Assembly (NCBI GenBank): GCA_025558095.1 | Contig: JAIVFI010000007.1 | Span: 186,001 to 250,000, forward strand | DNA from: Hyaloraphidium curvatum SAG 235-1 | Lineage: Eukaryota > Fungi > Monoblepharomycota | DNA length: 64,000 nt | Reading direction: 5' to 3' | Part shown: one piece after another, positions 36,476-50,400 of the stretch | Layout: each line of letters begins with the position of its first letter | How positions within the stretch are numbered: position 1 is the stretch's first letter | Notes under the pieces: model-generated | The model's input: the letters and a program-made list of their open reading frames with translations, nothing else | Database searches by the model: none | What the model was told of the DNA's origin: nothing | Translations under genes and position numbers: made by a program

Positions 36476-37424
36476 TCAATGGGACTTGGCGTAGATCGCC
36501 GGCAGGTTCTCAGGGGCGATGAGCTCCTCCAGCGTCGCCTTGACGTCCGACGCCGACGTCATGGTGAACTTTGCCCGCGTGCGCGCGGTGGTGAAGGAGG
36601 AGAAGATGCTGTAGAGGAAGGACATGAGCCACGGGACGTGGAGGAAGAGCTGGGCGAGGGGAACATCAACGGAAGGTCCCAAATCGGTGGCGCCATGACA
36701 CTACCTTTCGTTCCAAGAATTCTGGATAGTTGTCGCTGAATATCGTGATGATCTGCTTCGAAACGGCACGAATGTTGGAGTCCACGGAGAACATAGAAAC
36801 ACCCTCGTAAGAATGCTACATCAAAGTCAGCCCCGAAGCACGGTCCTGTCGGTTTTTGCTTCGCTCACGATCTGGGTGACCGTCTCGATCGGCGTGTTGA
36901 AGTCCAGCAGAGCGACCGCCTTCTCCATGAGCTGGATCCGCCAACGGATGAAGTCATCGGTCCCGTTTCTGAAGATTGTAGCGGTATCTATCCCGGCGTA
37001 AAGGTTCCAGGTCACAGGGTGCCTGCGAGAGTGCTTTCCGTGAGATCCGAGCCGAATGGGCGAGGCGACCATCTCCGCACCCCTTGCGATCCGGCTTATC
37101 CTGCAAAAAGCCCAGCTTGTCGAACGCCGGGTCGAACTTCTCCTTCATCAGCTCGTGGATCCGGAAGCTCTTCCTCCACCGCAGCACGTTCTCGGCCATG
37201 GCGAGCGCCGCCTCGACGTCAAACTCCCGCGCCCGCAGGAACTTGAGCAGCACCCGCTTCTGCGCATCAGTGGGTTCCCCGTCGATCCCGGCCAGCGGAA
37301 CACCCCAAAGGTTCTCGTAGTCGGTTCCCAGTTGAAGGGAGGAGAGACTGTTTGCGAGGTTCAATCGGAGCGCGTCGAGTGCCTCCTTCTGCGAGGTGCT
37401 GAGGTCCTCGAGGTAGCCCGACAT
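36476..37424 (-). CDS. CRAL-TRIO/Sec14-family lipid transfer protein (SFH5-like)
   Basis: LWGVPL, VLLKFLRAREFDV, WRKSF, PVTWNLY, FIRWRIQLMEK, DNYPEFL, VPWLM. Confidence 0.85.
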
Positions 37425-37615
37425 CGTTGCTCTCCCGAAGCGTATACGGCGGTCAAGCAGGCGACCACGCGATGAAGCTACTATCAATGCTGAGCGAGGG
37501 AGCGGATCTTGTTTGCCTGTTTATCCGCCGATCGCGCGAAGCCAGCAAGGCGGTCACCGGTCTCCCGCTTTCCGGCCTCAATTCTCGACGTCATCCTCCA
37601 TATTCAACTCAAACA

Positions 37616-39917
37616 ATGCGATCGCTGAAGCATGCATCTAATGCCCCCGAGGAGTTCGACGACGATCTCCCCGGGCCCCCGGCTCCGCCGCCCAAGGATT
37701 CCGCGGACCCCTGGGGCCTGGCCCGGCTGCTCCGCTTCGCCCGCACGGGCAACCCGACGGCGACGCTGATCGCACTTTGCGAGATTGGGGCGGTCATCGA
37801 GCAGGCTGGCGGGGACGGTGGGATTGCTGCGGCCTGCCCGGGACGCGGCTGACAGGTGGACAGAGAAGCAGGCGCAGGCGTTGGTCGCAGCCGATGGTGC
37901 CCGGCTCTTGGTCAACATTCTGAGCACCAAGGATGAGGGCTGCGTGCTGGCATCGCTGAAGCTGCTAGCGGCCTTGTCGGACAACGGTTGGCACTTGAGC
38001 TCGGCCCGGAATCCACTTGCCCTTACCCAATCTCCATGGCGCTCCCGGCAACCAGCCCAGATCCGCAGCGCCATGGCGCATCTAGATGGCGTGAAGCCGC
38101 TCGTGGATCTGCTTAACTCGGATTTGCCCGAGCACCGCGGGCTGGCGGCCGCAATCCTTGCGCGGCTGTCAAAGAACTGTGGGTTTCTCGAGACCGCCTC
38201 AGTGACTCTGAGCACGAATGAACTCCATACCGAGCAGCCCTGAACAGGTCTCTGGTGCGCCACCATGGCGGCGTCCCGAAACTGGTGCGTTTCCTCAAGT
38301 CGGACGAGGCGACGACGGCCTCGGCCGCGGCGGAAGCACTCAAGATCTGCAGCCGGAGCAGTAGGTCCCCCACCGCGAAACGTTGATCCAATCTGAGCTT
38401 CGAAAAGACGCCGTGCGCCTCGCCCTGCGCGAATCGTCGGCCTTGCCGCTGCTTTCCTCCCTCCTTGCCTCTTCTCCGCCTTCCCTCCTCCCGCCTCTGC
38501 TCGGCATCCTCGAAAACTGCGCCTCGGACCCCGCGCTGGCCTCCGAGCTCGTACCCGCCCTCGCTGCCGCGGCCCCGCACCTGCGGTCATCCGACGGTCC
38601 TGTGAGGATCGCCGCCGCCAAGGCAGCATTCAGGTGCGCTGAGTCACCGGAGCTTAGGGCCGGACTAGCCAGTCTGGGGGCGCTGGAGCCGTTGGTGGCG
38701 ATGCTTTCGCTGGCCATGGGGAAGGAGGCCGCGGGGGCCGCTGCGGGTGCTGTCGCAAAGTGCGGTCTCGATCGTTGGTTCAGCTCAAAGGTCGATCTTT
38801 GGTGGGAAGCTGACAGCACATTCAGCAACCATGCTCGAGCCGCTCATAAAGATGGGAGCGTACGGCAAGCTGGCCGAGCTGCTCGCAGCCAATGCCGATG
38901 ACGCAGCGCTGTCGACGACTGTTGCGGAAGCCCTTGGGACTGCCGCCGCGGGATCTGGTAGGTGCAAAAGGTTCGTGCCACATGACGCCTTGACCAAAGC
39001 TCCTTGCAGCTGCTGGCAGGAAAGCAATTAGGGAATCGGGCGCAATAATCACGCTGGTTGGCCTGCTGTCATCAACGAACGCTGCACTTTTGTGCAACGT
39101 CGCCTTCGTCCTCGGCAAGTGCTCCCAAGAACGTAAGTTGCACGATCCACTCGTGCTCTCCGATGACTGTGCTGACGGCTTTCAGCCGAAAGCTGCGCCA
39201 TCATCGACGCGAAGGAAGGCCTGCGGCTTCTTTTCTCCCTCCTCAAGCAATCCTCCCGCCGTGTCCAATCCGCCGCCGCCCTCGCCGTCAGCGAGCTCGC
39301 CCTGCACTCCCCCAGCGCCGCGGAAACCGTCCGATCCTTCGTCGGCGCGCTGGAGCTCCTCGTGCCGCTGCTCCGCGCCCCCGATACCAGGCTCCAGGCG
39401 CACGCGTGCAAGGCCGTGGCCAGCATCGCCCGCGATCCGGAGAACCTGGCCGTCATCTCGGACCACGGGGTCGTCGGGTCGCTTTCGGGCCTCGTGGACG
39501 CCAGGGACGAGTACCTGAGGAGGGAGCTCGCGCTGGCGATCGAGGCGTGCTGCCAGTTTGGTCAGTGAGGTCGAAACTTCAAGGAAGCGGAGAACTGATG
39601 AGAGATAATCGACAGGAACGAACCGGCAGCAGTTCGGCACCAACGACGTCGTCGCACCGCTCGCCAAGTACCTCAAATCGTCGGATCCGGACGTGCAGCG
39701 CGCGGCTGCACGGGCGCTGTTCCAGCTCTCCTCGGACGGTACGTCTAACCATGCCCGGAAAGGACGCCTCTCACCCTGCGCAGCCGACAACAGCCGCGCC
39801 CTCGCTGCCACGGGCGTGCTCCCCACGCTGGTCGAGCTCGTGGGATCCGAGTGCGGCGAGACGTCGCGGGCGGCAGCCGGGATCCTGGCCAACGTGCGGA
39901 TGCAGGCACCGCGGTGA
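37616..39917 (+). CDS. Armadillo-repeat protein, ARMC4/ODAD2-like (outer dynein arm docking), multi-intron
   Basis: WGLARLLRFARTGNPTATLIALCE, LVRHHGGVPKLV, VRSFVGALELLV, ENLAVISDHGVV, AAAGILANVR resemble ARMC4 repeats. Confidence 0.75.
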
Positions 39918-39978
39918 AGGTTGCTTCAAGAGGGCGTGTATTTCCCTTGGTGCCGAAACAGCCTCTGTCCTCTTTGAC

Positions 39979-41648
39979 CTATCTGTCAACTGATGGAGGA
40001 ACGATGTTAGACCAGAAAAGCGAAATCAGGCAGAAACGCTCACTTTCGCCAAACACGATGTCCATGGTACCTAAAAAGGGCGACACGTCAGCAAAGCACT
40101 TTCGGTTAGTCGAGCAGTCGAGCTCGCTTCTGCCCCACCAATGATGGCAACCATGTCCGCCACAAAGTGTCCCCTGCTCATGAAATCGATGCTGGACAGG
40201 TGCGCGAACCCGGGCGCCTTGATCTTGCAGCGGTACGGCTTGTTGCTTCCGTCTGAGACGATGTAGACGCCGAACTCGCCCTTGGGGTGCTCAATGGCCT
40301 GGTACGTCTCCCCGGGCGGCACCTGGTACCCCTCCGAATAGAGCTTGAAGTGGTGGATGAGCGCCTCCATGCTCTCCTTCATGGTCGAGCGCGGCGGGGG
40401 CACGATCTTGTAGTCGTCGATGCGGTGCGGGCCCGCGGGCATCTTCTCGAGGCACTGCACGATGATGCGGAGGGACTGCCGCATTTCCTCCACGCGGATG
40501 AGGTAGCGGTCGTACGAGTCGCCGTTGGTGCCGATCGGGACGTCGAACTGCGGGTCCGTGAGCGAATGCGCCACGCGGCGACGGCGGAAAACCCACGTCC
40601 ATCTCCGCGTACGCGTCGTACGGCTGCGACTTCCTCAGGTCCCAGTTGATCCCCGAGCCCCGCAGCATGGGCCCCGAGAAGCCGTGCGCGAGCGCCTTCC
40701 ACGCCGGCACGACGCCGATCCCCTGCAACCGCCCGACCCACACGCGGTTCCCCGTGAGCAGCTCCTCCATCTCGTCCACGCGGGTCGCGAACTGCGACGC
40801 CCATTTGTACGCGTCGTCGATGAAGCCCCGCGGGAGGTCCTGCGCGACGCCGCCGGGGCGGACGTAGGCGGCGTGCATGCGGGCACCCGAGACGCGCTCG
40901 TAGAACTCCATGAGCTTCTCGCGCTCCTCGAACATCCAGAGGAGTGGTGTCGTGGCGCCTGGAATTGTTCAGGGGTTTTTCCTGGCAGTTTGCAAGAGGT
41001 CTACCCACCGACGTCCAGCGCGTGCGTTGTCACGGCCATGATGTGGTTCAGGATCCGGGTCATCTCGGCGAACATGGTGCGGATGTACTTTGCCCGCGGC
41101 GGCGCCTCGATGTTGAGCAGCTTCTCCACGGCCAGCGAGTAGCACTGCTCGTTGCACATCATCGACACGTAGTCCAGGCGGTCAAAGTACGGCAGGGCCT
41201 GCAGGTACGTCTTGTACTCGATGAGCTTCTCCGTGCCGCGGTGCAGCAGACCGACGTGCGGGTCCGCGCGGGTGATGATTTCGCCGGAGACCTCGGTGAT
41301 GAGCCGAAGCACGCCGTGCGCGGCGGGGTGCTGCGGGCCGAAGTTGACTGTGAAGGTCTTGATCTTCGTGTCGTCCTCGACCGGCGACTCTGCGGCGGGT
41401 CAGCCTGGCGGCGGGGATGCCTGGGGAGACGCACCGATCTGCTCCATATAAATCATGGACGGGTCGGGCAGCCGCCGCGTGATGGCGTACTGGTCGACGG
41501 GGCGCATCTCGGTGGGCGCCTGCTTCGCACCGCGCCTCTGCGAGAGCAGCAGCGGCAGCGCCGCGCCGGCGGGCGCCGCGATGTTTGCGAACAGCGGCCG
41601 CGCGGCGGAGAGGGCCGCCGCCGCGGGGCGCGAAAACAGCGATGCCAT
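39979..41648 (-). CDS. NDUFS2: NADH:ubiquinone oxidoreductase 49 kDa subunit, nuclear-encoded with presequence
   Basis: [53 protein letters not shown]|IDR*. Confidence 0.96.
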
Positions 41649-42335
41649 GGCGGGGCCGGGCCCGGGGCAAACGCACGTGCGGCGGAGGCGAGGCGGGATG
41701 CCTGCCGAGGAGCACGCGGCGCCTGGGGAGGGGCAGGCAGTAGTGGCGGCACGGGGGGCGGGAGCGCGTCCGCGAGCCACGGAAGAATGCCGACTCGATG
41801 GCTTCCCTCGCACCAAGGCACTGAAGAGAACTACGGAGGACCTTGAGTAGAAGCAATCTAGCTCCTTAACTCGAACTGAGCTCGCTCCGAGGGAATCTGC
41901 GGTGGATGCGTCGCCGATCGATCTCCGCAGGCACTGGACGCGTTCAAGGCAGTCACGATCACCTTCCGGACCACGGATTTGTAGCAGCAACCGATGAGAC
42001 TGAACCATCGGCGTCTGCTGGCGGCTTCCGGCATCTGTACACCGCTTTGAGCGTCTGATCAACTCAAAGGGGGCTCCCCAGCTGCTTCCTGCCATCAATC
42101 CAGCTTCCGAAACTCCGAGTTACAGGCTCAAGCGTTTCTTCCTTGCATTATAGAATCATCCATTGATTCTGTGTCCACCATCTGGACCGGCCTTCGTCTG
42201 CCCGCCTGCGGTGCGGCCTGCGGCAGGACCCCGCTGCCACGCACGCACCTATACATTCCTCTCCCCGCCCCGCATTCCGGCGCCGCTCGGCCGCCGTTTC
42301 CCCCCTCCGCCGCGGCCACTGCCCGCGCAGCCGCC

Positions 42336-43696
42336 ATGCTGTACACGCCGTCGACCTTTTCGGCGCGGTCGCCGTCGCCCGGCCTCCGCGCGTCCTCCGC
42401 GACGCCCGACTCGGCCGTCGGCCGGCGCGGCGACCCCGTGGCGCCGCCGCGCTCGGTGCAGGACCGGACTGCGGAGTTTTTCGCCACGGTCGAGGGCATC
42501 GTCGACCGCATGGAGCAGGGCGGCACGCTGGGGCCGCAGGAGCGCAGGCGGCTGCTGGGGTCGCCGGCCAGGGCAAACTCGCCCAACGGGGCACTTGTCG
42601 GACCCGGGAAATCGGCGCTGGCGGGGCAGGTGGCTGCGAGGACGCAGTTTGCGAGGGAAGCGGCGGCAATCGGCAAGGTGGGATGTCCCGCTCGGCCTGT
42701 GTCCTGCAACTCCTTCTCACTTTCGGCTGCGGTCCTTCTCCTTCGTCCTTTCTTGCTGCCGTTGGTTGTGAAACACAGGACATTAACCAGACGATGGATA
42801 AGCTCGGGAAGCTGGCCAAGCTGGCCAAGCGCAAGACCCTCTTTGACGACCGGCCCGAGGAGATCAACCAGCTCATGTTCGTCATCAAGCAGGACATTGG
42901 CCGGATAAACGCCCGCATCGCGTCCCTCCAGACCTCGTTCAAACAGCCCCCGCAGCCGGGCTCGCCGCAGTTTTCGGGGAAGCAGGCCGAGGACCACGCC
43001 CGCAACGTGGTCGTGAGCCTGCAGGGCAAGCTGGCCGAAACCTCCTCCACGTTCAAGGACATTCTGGAGATGCGCACGCAGAACCTGAAGGACCAGAAGC
43101 AGCGGCGGGACCAGTACGGGTTCGCGCCGCTGCCGGCCAACGGACCCTCGCTGGCGCCGGCGACGGACAGCCCGCTGTACCACGCCAACGGGCCGTCGTC
43201 GTCGACGCTGCCGCCGCCGCCGTCGGAGCACGTGATCGATTTCGGGGGAGGGTTCCAGAGCCAGGAGCTCGTGCAGGCGGGGGCGTCGCAGGACTACATC
43301 TCGTCGAGGGCGCAGGCGATAGAGTCGATAGAGAGCACGATCGCGGAGCTTGGGCAGGTGGGTTGACTTCTGCTGTGGCGGGAAGGCGACCTTTGATTGC
43401 TGATTTTCGATCTCCTGCTTATTCGATTCCGAAACTCGACCTGTCTCGCCATCCTCGTTCCGTCGCCGCCTTCACGTTTCCAACAGATTTATTCCAACTT
43501 CATGACCGTCCTCGCGGGCCAGCGCGAAACGGTGCAGCGGATCGACGAGCACATCCAGGACGTGGAGCTCAACGTGGAGGGCGCGCACAACCAGCTGCTC
43601 AAGTACTACCAGGGACTGCAGAGCAACCGGTGGCTCGTGATCAAGGTCCTCTTCACGCTCATTTTCTTCTTTATGGTCTTCGTGATGATGCTCTGA
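42336..43696 (+). CDS. SED5: Syntaxin-5 / Sed5 cis-Golgi Qa-SNARE
   Basis: DRTAEF N-peptide, LAKRKTLFDDRPEEI, IESTIAELGQ|IY, QRETVQRID, C-terminal TM. Confidence 0.94.
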
Positions 43697-43946
43697 CGGC
43701 GGGCGCGGCTGTGGCGGGGTTCGGGTCTGTGTCCTGGGGATCGTGGAGATGTAACATCTTTTGCATGTAGAGACTTGCTGACTGGAATTGCGCTCTCGTC
43801 TTCGTGTTCGCTTTAGCAGTCCGTGACCCCGTCTGCTTGTCGATTTTGTATGCGTTGGGCGAGCAAACAGAAGCGTGGGAGCTTTGGACCGTCGACTCCG
43901 TGGAACGCATCTACGGGACGCATGACTTTTTGACGCGAGGTAGAGG

Positions 43947-44495
43947 TTGAACTCGCCGCACGAGTCGGCGTCCCCCTGCGGGAGCCCGCGGAACTTGATC
44001 TCCCTTTTTGAACGAGCAGCTTTAAGCTTTGCATGGGGCGCAGTCCCAGGAAAGTGCACGATCGGGGGTATCAGAATCTCTGTGCGCTGCAACGCCAGTC
44101 TGGAGCAGATAGCTGAGGAGCAACGTCGCGTGGGAGATGCGCTCCAGCGCGTCATGGGACCCGACCGGATCATGTTCGAAGCGGCTCTTCGCATCGATGG
44201 TTCTGACTTCGGAACGACGACGTTGCCGCCTCTCTTGGAGGAGCAGGAGGAACAAGCCATGTTGATTGCTCGCCGGATATCTTTCTGGAATCGCCGAGTT
44301 CGTCTTGTTGGGCTTGAAAACCCCGAACGCTTTCGGCGCTTGAGCTCCTGTCTCCGTTTGAAAGTATCTGCGATGCGACGCATTACATCCAATAATGAAC
44401 GCTTTCTGAACCAGCTGCAAGAAGTGCAGCAGCTGGCGGACGAGATCGATGCCGTGGTTGCTCGCACGCGGAGGGTTGAAGAGCTGTCGGACTGA
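43947..44495 (+). CDS. Hypothetical small coiled-coil protein; start uncertain
   Basis: Open frame with helical composition (LNQLQEVQQLADEIDAVVAR); no recognisable family. Confidence 0.35.
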   Translation: MNSPHESASPCGSPRNLISLFERAALSFAWGAVPGKCTIGGIRISVRCNASLEQIAEEQRRVGDALQRVMGPDRIMFEAALRIDGSDFGTTTLPPLLEEQEEQAMLIARRISFWNRRVRLVGLENPERFRRLSSCLRLKVSAMRRITSNNERFLNQLQEVQQLADEIDAVVARTRRVEELSD

Positions 44496-44680
44496 GCCCG
44501 CGGATGACAACGAGCTTCGAGGCAGAATCAGCGTCGGCGGAGTATGACAAGCATCGCAATTATTGGACTTGGAGCGCACGATCTGCGAATGATCGATGTA
44601 TCGTCGAGCATGCAGAAGGTGGGGAAGGACGACGTGGCACAGCCGCCGCGGCCACCACTCCTCGACAAACATCCGGGACC

Positions 44681-47363
44681 ATGTCCTTCTTCAGCCGCGG
44701 GTCGAGTGCGGCGTCCGCGCCGCAGACGCCGCTGAATCCCGCGCCGCCGCCGAAATCCGCGGCGCCTCCGCCGTATTCGTCGGTGCCGGGGTCGCAAATG
44801 GCGCGGACGTTCCGGGTGTCCAAGTCTCCAACGGAGGTTCGCCTGCGCCTTCCGGCCGCAAATGTGCAGGGCCCTGACGCTCCATAGGCACTGGCAATGA
44901 CCAACTGCGTGATTGCGAGCCCGAAGGACTTCGATGCGGGGGTTAAGTACATCCTGGTGGAGGACCAGTTCGCGTTTACCCTCAGGTGCGACGACCCTTG
45001 GACCAATGGGCTTCCCTCGTTCTGAAGCATTTCCGTACCGCCAGATTCGAGCCTGCTTTTCCGTCTGGCGAGCTTGGAACCTCTATTTTCCACCGGCGCT
45101 TTGCGCAGCTTTCTCTGAACCAGGACGTTCGGGCACGGGCCTATGATGCCGCTACCGAGCTCCCGAACCCGTATTTGGGGACGCTGCACATGCAGGTTTC
45201 GTTCCTTAGGAAGGGCTTCGAGTCCCCGGAGACGTACGACACGGCGGAGATGGCCCAGGTTTTTCTGTCGTCTTTCGACGGCCACATTCTGGGCAAGGAG
45301 CAGACGCTGTGCTTTGACTTCCACGGGGTCACGCTTGTGGTCGCGGTCACTAGCATGCATGCTCTGGACCTCGCGAATCTCAAGGGGAGCCTGTCGAATA
45401 GCAAGGGCGGCGATCCCGTCGGGAACTCGGTCACGCGCGGCGTCGTTATGGGACAGACCCAGATCCAGTTCACCAAGGCCGCGGACTCGACGATAAAGCT
45501 GAAGGGCTCGGCTAAGGGAGGCCCTTCCACGGCCATCATTCAGCCCGATTTCAAATTCGAGGACCTCGGGATCGGCGGGCTGGACAAGGAGTTCTCCGCG
45601 ATCTTCCGGCGCGCTTTCGCCAGCCGCATCTTCCCGCCTGCGCTGGTCGAGAAGCTGGGCATCCAGCACGTCAAGGGCATTCTTCTCTATGGACCTCCAG
45701 GGACGGGCAAAACGCTCATGGCTCGGCAGATCGGGAAGATGCTGAACGCGCGGGAGCCGCAAATCGTGAACGGCCCGGAGATCCTGAACAAGTACGTCGG
45801 TCAAAGCGAGGAAAACATCCGGAAACTGTTTGCCCCGGCCGAGCAGGAGGTTGGTGTTGGATGGTTGTCGAATGATTGCTCGCTCACGGCGCACGCTTCC
45901 AACAGTACAAGGCGAAGGGCGAGGATTCCTCTCTACACATCATCATTTTCGACGAGTTGGATGCCATTTGCCGCCAACGCGGTTCCGTGCAGAGCGGGAC
46001 CGGTGTGGGCGACTCGATTGTGAACCAGCTGCTGGCCAAGATGGACGGCGTGGAGCAGCTAAACAACATTCTGATCATCGGCATGACCAATCGCCTCGAC
46101 ATGATCGATGAGGCGTTGCTGCGGCCGGGCCGTTTGGAGATCCACATGGAGATTTCGCTGCCGGACGAGAAGGGACGTTACGAAATCCTCAAGATCCACA
46201 CTTCCAAAATGCGGGAGAACGACATCCTGGATTCGGACGTTGACCTGCAAGAGCTTGCCGTGAACACAAAGAACTATTCCGGAGCCGAAATCGCCGGTGT
46301 CTGCAAGTCTGCGAGCTCTTTCGCCTTCAACCGGCACATCAAGGTCGGCAGCCTGGCTACCGTTGCGCCCGACGTCGAGAAGATGAAGATCAAGATGGAC
46401 GATTTCCTGCACGCGCTCGAGGAGGTCAAGCCCGCGTTCGGCGTTTCGGAGTCCGAGCTCGGGCTGTGTGTGCAGAACGGTATCATTCGGTACGCACCAG
46501 TTATCGATGTGAGTTGCAGCTCGAGGGGCCGCGGACCGTTCTCACCGCGGTTTATCCCGCAGCACATTCTCGACGACGCACAGCGCTACGTTTCCTCTGT
46601 TCGCAACTCGCCCATCACTCCCCTCATCTCGATTCTTCTGCACGGCCCGCCCAATTCGGGGAAGACGGCCCTCGCGGCCTCCATGGCCATGCAATCCGAC
46701 TTTCCCTTTGTCAAGCTCATTTCTCCGGAGTCGATGGTTGGCTACTCGGAGACGGCCAAGATGTCCCAGATCAAGAAGGTGTTTGACGACGCGTACAAGA
46801 GCCCGCTAAGCGTCATTGTTGTGGACGGGATTGAGAGATTGTTGGGTGGGTTCTTGGCCCCATGGCACCGCGATCCGTTGGAACTCATTGAGCTGCAGAT
46901 TGGGTGCCCCTCGGTCCGAGGTTTTCCAACGTGGTCTTGCAAACGCTGCTTGTTTTGATGAAGAAGACGCCACCAAGGGTCAGTTGTCGCGTCCTGCAAG
47001 CCATGCTCGATCGAATGCCGACTGATCTGCACAACACAGGGTCGCCGATTGCTCATCATTGCAACGACCTCGCGAAGAACGATTCTGGACTCGCTGGACA
47101 TGTCCGACTTCTTCGACGCCGAGGTCTTCGTCCCTACGATCTCCTCGGTGGCCGCGGTCGAGGTTGTGCTGAAGGAGGTCAAGGTCTTCACGGACGAGGA
47201 GCTGGCTCAGGTCGTGCAGCAGCTTCGCACGGCCAACCTGGACGGCCGGCTCAACATCGGCGTGAAGAAGCTGCTCATGGTTGCCGAGATGGCGAAACAG
47301 GACGACGTGGGAACCGTGGAGAAGTTCCTGACGGAGCTGATGCGAGAAGGGGTGACGAGCTAG
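44681..47363 (+). CDS. SEC18: Vesicle-fusing ATPase Sec18/NSF, multi-intron
   Basis: GIGGLDKEF..IFRRAFASR, GPPGTGKT, IIFDELDAIC, RPGRLE, second P-loop GPPNSGKT, IGVKKLL. Confidence 0.96.
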
Positions 47364-47441
47364 AGTTTGTTCTTTGTCCGCGATGTATATTCCTGCATAC
47401 CCATGCTCTACACGAATGAACCAATCTGGTCTTTACAATGG

Positions 47442-50400
47442 TCAATCAACGTGAGGTATTGCAAAGAGAGATGCAATCTTGCTGCTGGCGAACTTGTTTG
47501 CAACGTCATAGACCTTCATTGATTGATACAGGCGTTTCGAATCCAGCGGTTTGATCTGGGGGACGATATTTGCCAGCGATCCGATTACTTCGGCCGCGGC
47601 AATGTCGCTCGATCCGGTAGGGACGGATCCCTCCTCTGTTCGTTCATTTCCCGACTTTTCCGGAGTTCTCTCAACCGCCTTTGCGTCCTCTTCTTCCACC
47701 AATGAGTCCGTCGGCCGCAGCCTGCGGCGATCAAGGTCCCATGGAGCTCTCTCCCCGAATGTGCCAACTAGCTTACCCTCCAACGTCCACAGCTTGGCAG
47801 TGTCGTTTGACACGCTGACAACCAGGCCGTGCTTGTCCGAGTAATCCAGCGAATTGACTGCGCCGTTGTGCGCCCGCCATGCGGCCGATCTCGAGCAGCT
47901 CACCGGCGACGTTCCAAGCATGCAGACGCTAACGTCACCATCTGAATCGCCCACGAGCAGAAGATCGTTTGTGGTACACAAGGCAGTCAGAATTGGACTG
48001 TCTCCTGCACCCTGCGAGAGGCCAAAATCCAGATAAACGCGGGTTCCTGTCGACACATCCCACAAGTCCAGCTCCCCGCCAATGGTGAGCGAAAGAAGCA
48101 TGGCGGTAGGGCTATGCAATCCGTCTTCTTTTCGAGCTCCAAACTGAGCAAGTGTCCTAATGCCGCCCTTTGAGCCTTTCGGAGCTTCGAGTTTCTGAGT
48201 GATCTGCCGTGTCTGAATGTCCACGAGACAGACAGATCCATCAGCGTCTCCCGAGCAAAGCGTCGCCGGGAAAAGGAAGCACAGCGAGGAAATCGGTGAC
48301 GAGTGCCACCGCGGGTCCATGGTGCCCGCGTTGAAATCGGCTGCGGGTGCCAGCTTGCTCGCACCAATCTCGTCCACGAAAAGCTGCACCGTCGTCCCCG
48401 CTGCCGCGGCAAAGTACCTCGTCTCGTCACACTCAATGTGCAAAACGCAAGAGATTTCGTGGTCCAAAGGCGGTTTGGCTTCCTTGAGACGCATGCCGTT
48501 GTTGTGGTTCCAAACCTTGAACGTTCCGTCTGAAGACGCCGTTAGGGGAGGACTACTGCGCAACACAGCAACCCACCAGAAGCTCCGGTCATGAGCCGCC
48601 GTCCGCGCGAGTCAAAGGCCATGGCCTTAATCGGAGCCTTGGGATGAGCATCGGCCCAACGGTACGCCTTTTGCCCGGTCGTAACGTCCCACACGTTGAT
48701 GGCGGAGGAGCTGTCTGCGCTGACGCAAAGGTCAAAGGTCGAGTTGTACAATGCCGCACAGATGGGAAAGTCGTGGCTTTTCGGGTCCTTCTCGTCGTAG
48801 TGCTTATCGCGCATGTCGTAGCGGAGCAGCGACGTGCAGCCAGCTACAACGAGAGTGCCACCGTCCCCGCGGGCGTTGGGCACGAAGACCATACCGCCCA
48901 GAAGGTTCTCGGGCCGATAATCCCTCGGATCGATGATGGTTTGTAGGCAGACCTGCTTGCGAATGTCAAAGACCTTGATGTCCTTGTCCCACGACAGCGA
49001 AATGCACTGGCCGGGTATCCCGGCGACGACCTCGATGATGGGCGCGGAATGGCCCCGCATGGGCGCGATCGCCTTCTGTATCCGGTGCGGATTCCAGATG
49101 CGCAGCGTGCGGTCCTGCCCGCCGGTGATGATCGCGACGGGGTTCCTAGAGTAGGCGAAGCATTGCACGCCCTTGGCAACCGACGCGTGTTCGTTGGTCC
49201 AGTTGAGTCCGTCTTTACGCCGTGCGATGACGAGAGAGCAGTGCTCGTTGGAAGAGCAAGAGACAACAGCGTTCATTTCTTCAATGTAGTCGATGCCGAG
49301 AGTCCAGTCGCTGTGCGTCTTCCAGCTCGTTGTGTTGGCCAGGTGAGCGCTCTCCTTGACAAGCTCGTGCAGCGTCATGTCCAGGCATTCGGAGCTGGGC
49401 TTCTTTGCAAAGAGCTTCTGGTGGTCAAAGCTCAGAATGTTCAGAGTTCCATTGTCGAGCCCATAGTAGATGGCGGTCTCCTGATGGTCTTCAAGAGCGA
49501 CCAAAGACGCCGCAACGCACAAAGCCATGCCTTCACTGAGGTGCACGCGGAGCTGCGGCAACATGGTGTTGCAGTCTGCCGACTGTTAGCAATGAGAGAC
49601 AAGGATGGCACGTCCAACGCACCGAAGAGGGTAATGGTTCTGTCGTCCGCAACGCTGACAATCATGTTCAGATGAGGGATGGTGGCAACGTCGTGCACCC
49701 ATGTATGATGGTTCCCGCGGCGATGCTGCCGGCGCGGATCCGTGACAAAGCTCTGGATCAGCCCGAGATCCCAGTTCCACAGGCACTCGGTGCCGTCGCG
49801 CCCGATCGTCGCGAACCTCCGGTTCTCGGGGAAATGCACGATCCGCTTGATGATGTCAACGTGCGGCGTGGCCGTCGGCCGCCGCGGGTTCAGGGGATCG
49901 TGGTCGAAGGTGCGCTTCTGCGCCTCCTCCTCCATGCTCTGCTGCCCTTCCGAGCGCTTCAGAATGAAGGCAGAGAACTCGTCCCAATCCAAGGTTCCGT
50001 TAGTATCCGTGTCAATCTTCATGAACAGCAAAGTCATCTGGAAGGCGCGTGTCAGTAGGCGGCGACGCGAAAAGAACGGACTGACCTGCTCGTCGGTCAG
50101 ATTGCCACCAAGAACGTTCCGGAAGGCCTTCTTGAACTCGTCCAGCGTCAAACCGACCTCGCCCTGGTCACCTTTTGAGGCTGCACTCTGAACAGGACGG
50201 TCAGAGACGCGTCTCTCCCTGTTCCAACGACCGCCACCTTTTGGAAGAGCTCGAGAAGCTTTCGCAGGTGCTGGAATTCGATCTCGACCTCTGCACGGTA
50301 TTGTGCCGAATCTCGGAGCACATTCACGCCCTCGGTGTTGCTCATGAGCTCCAGGCCCTTGCTCTTCGGTCGCGGTCCGGCCGAGCGTGCACGTCCGCCC

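Noticed and set aside
41863-41870. TCCTTAAC, a U12-type branch-point match
   Set aside because: Intergenic, with no RTATCCT donor upstream.
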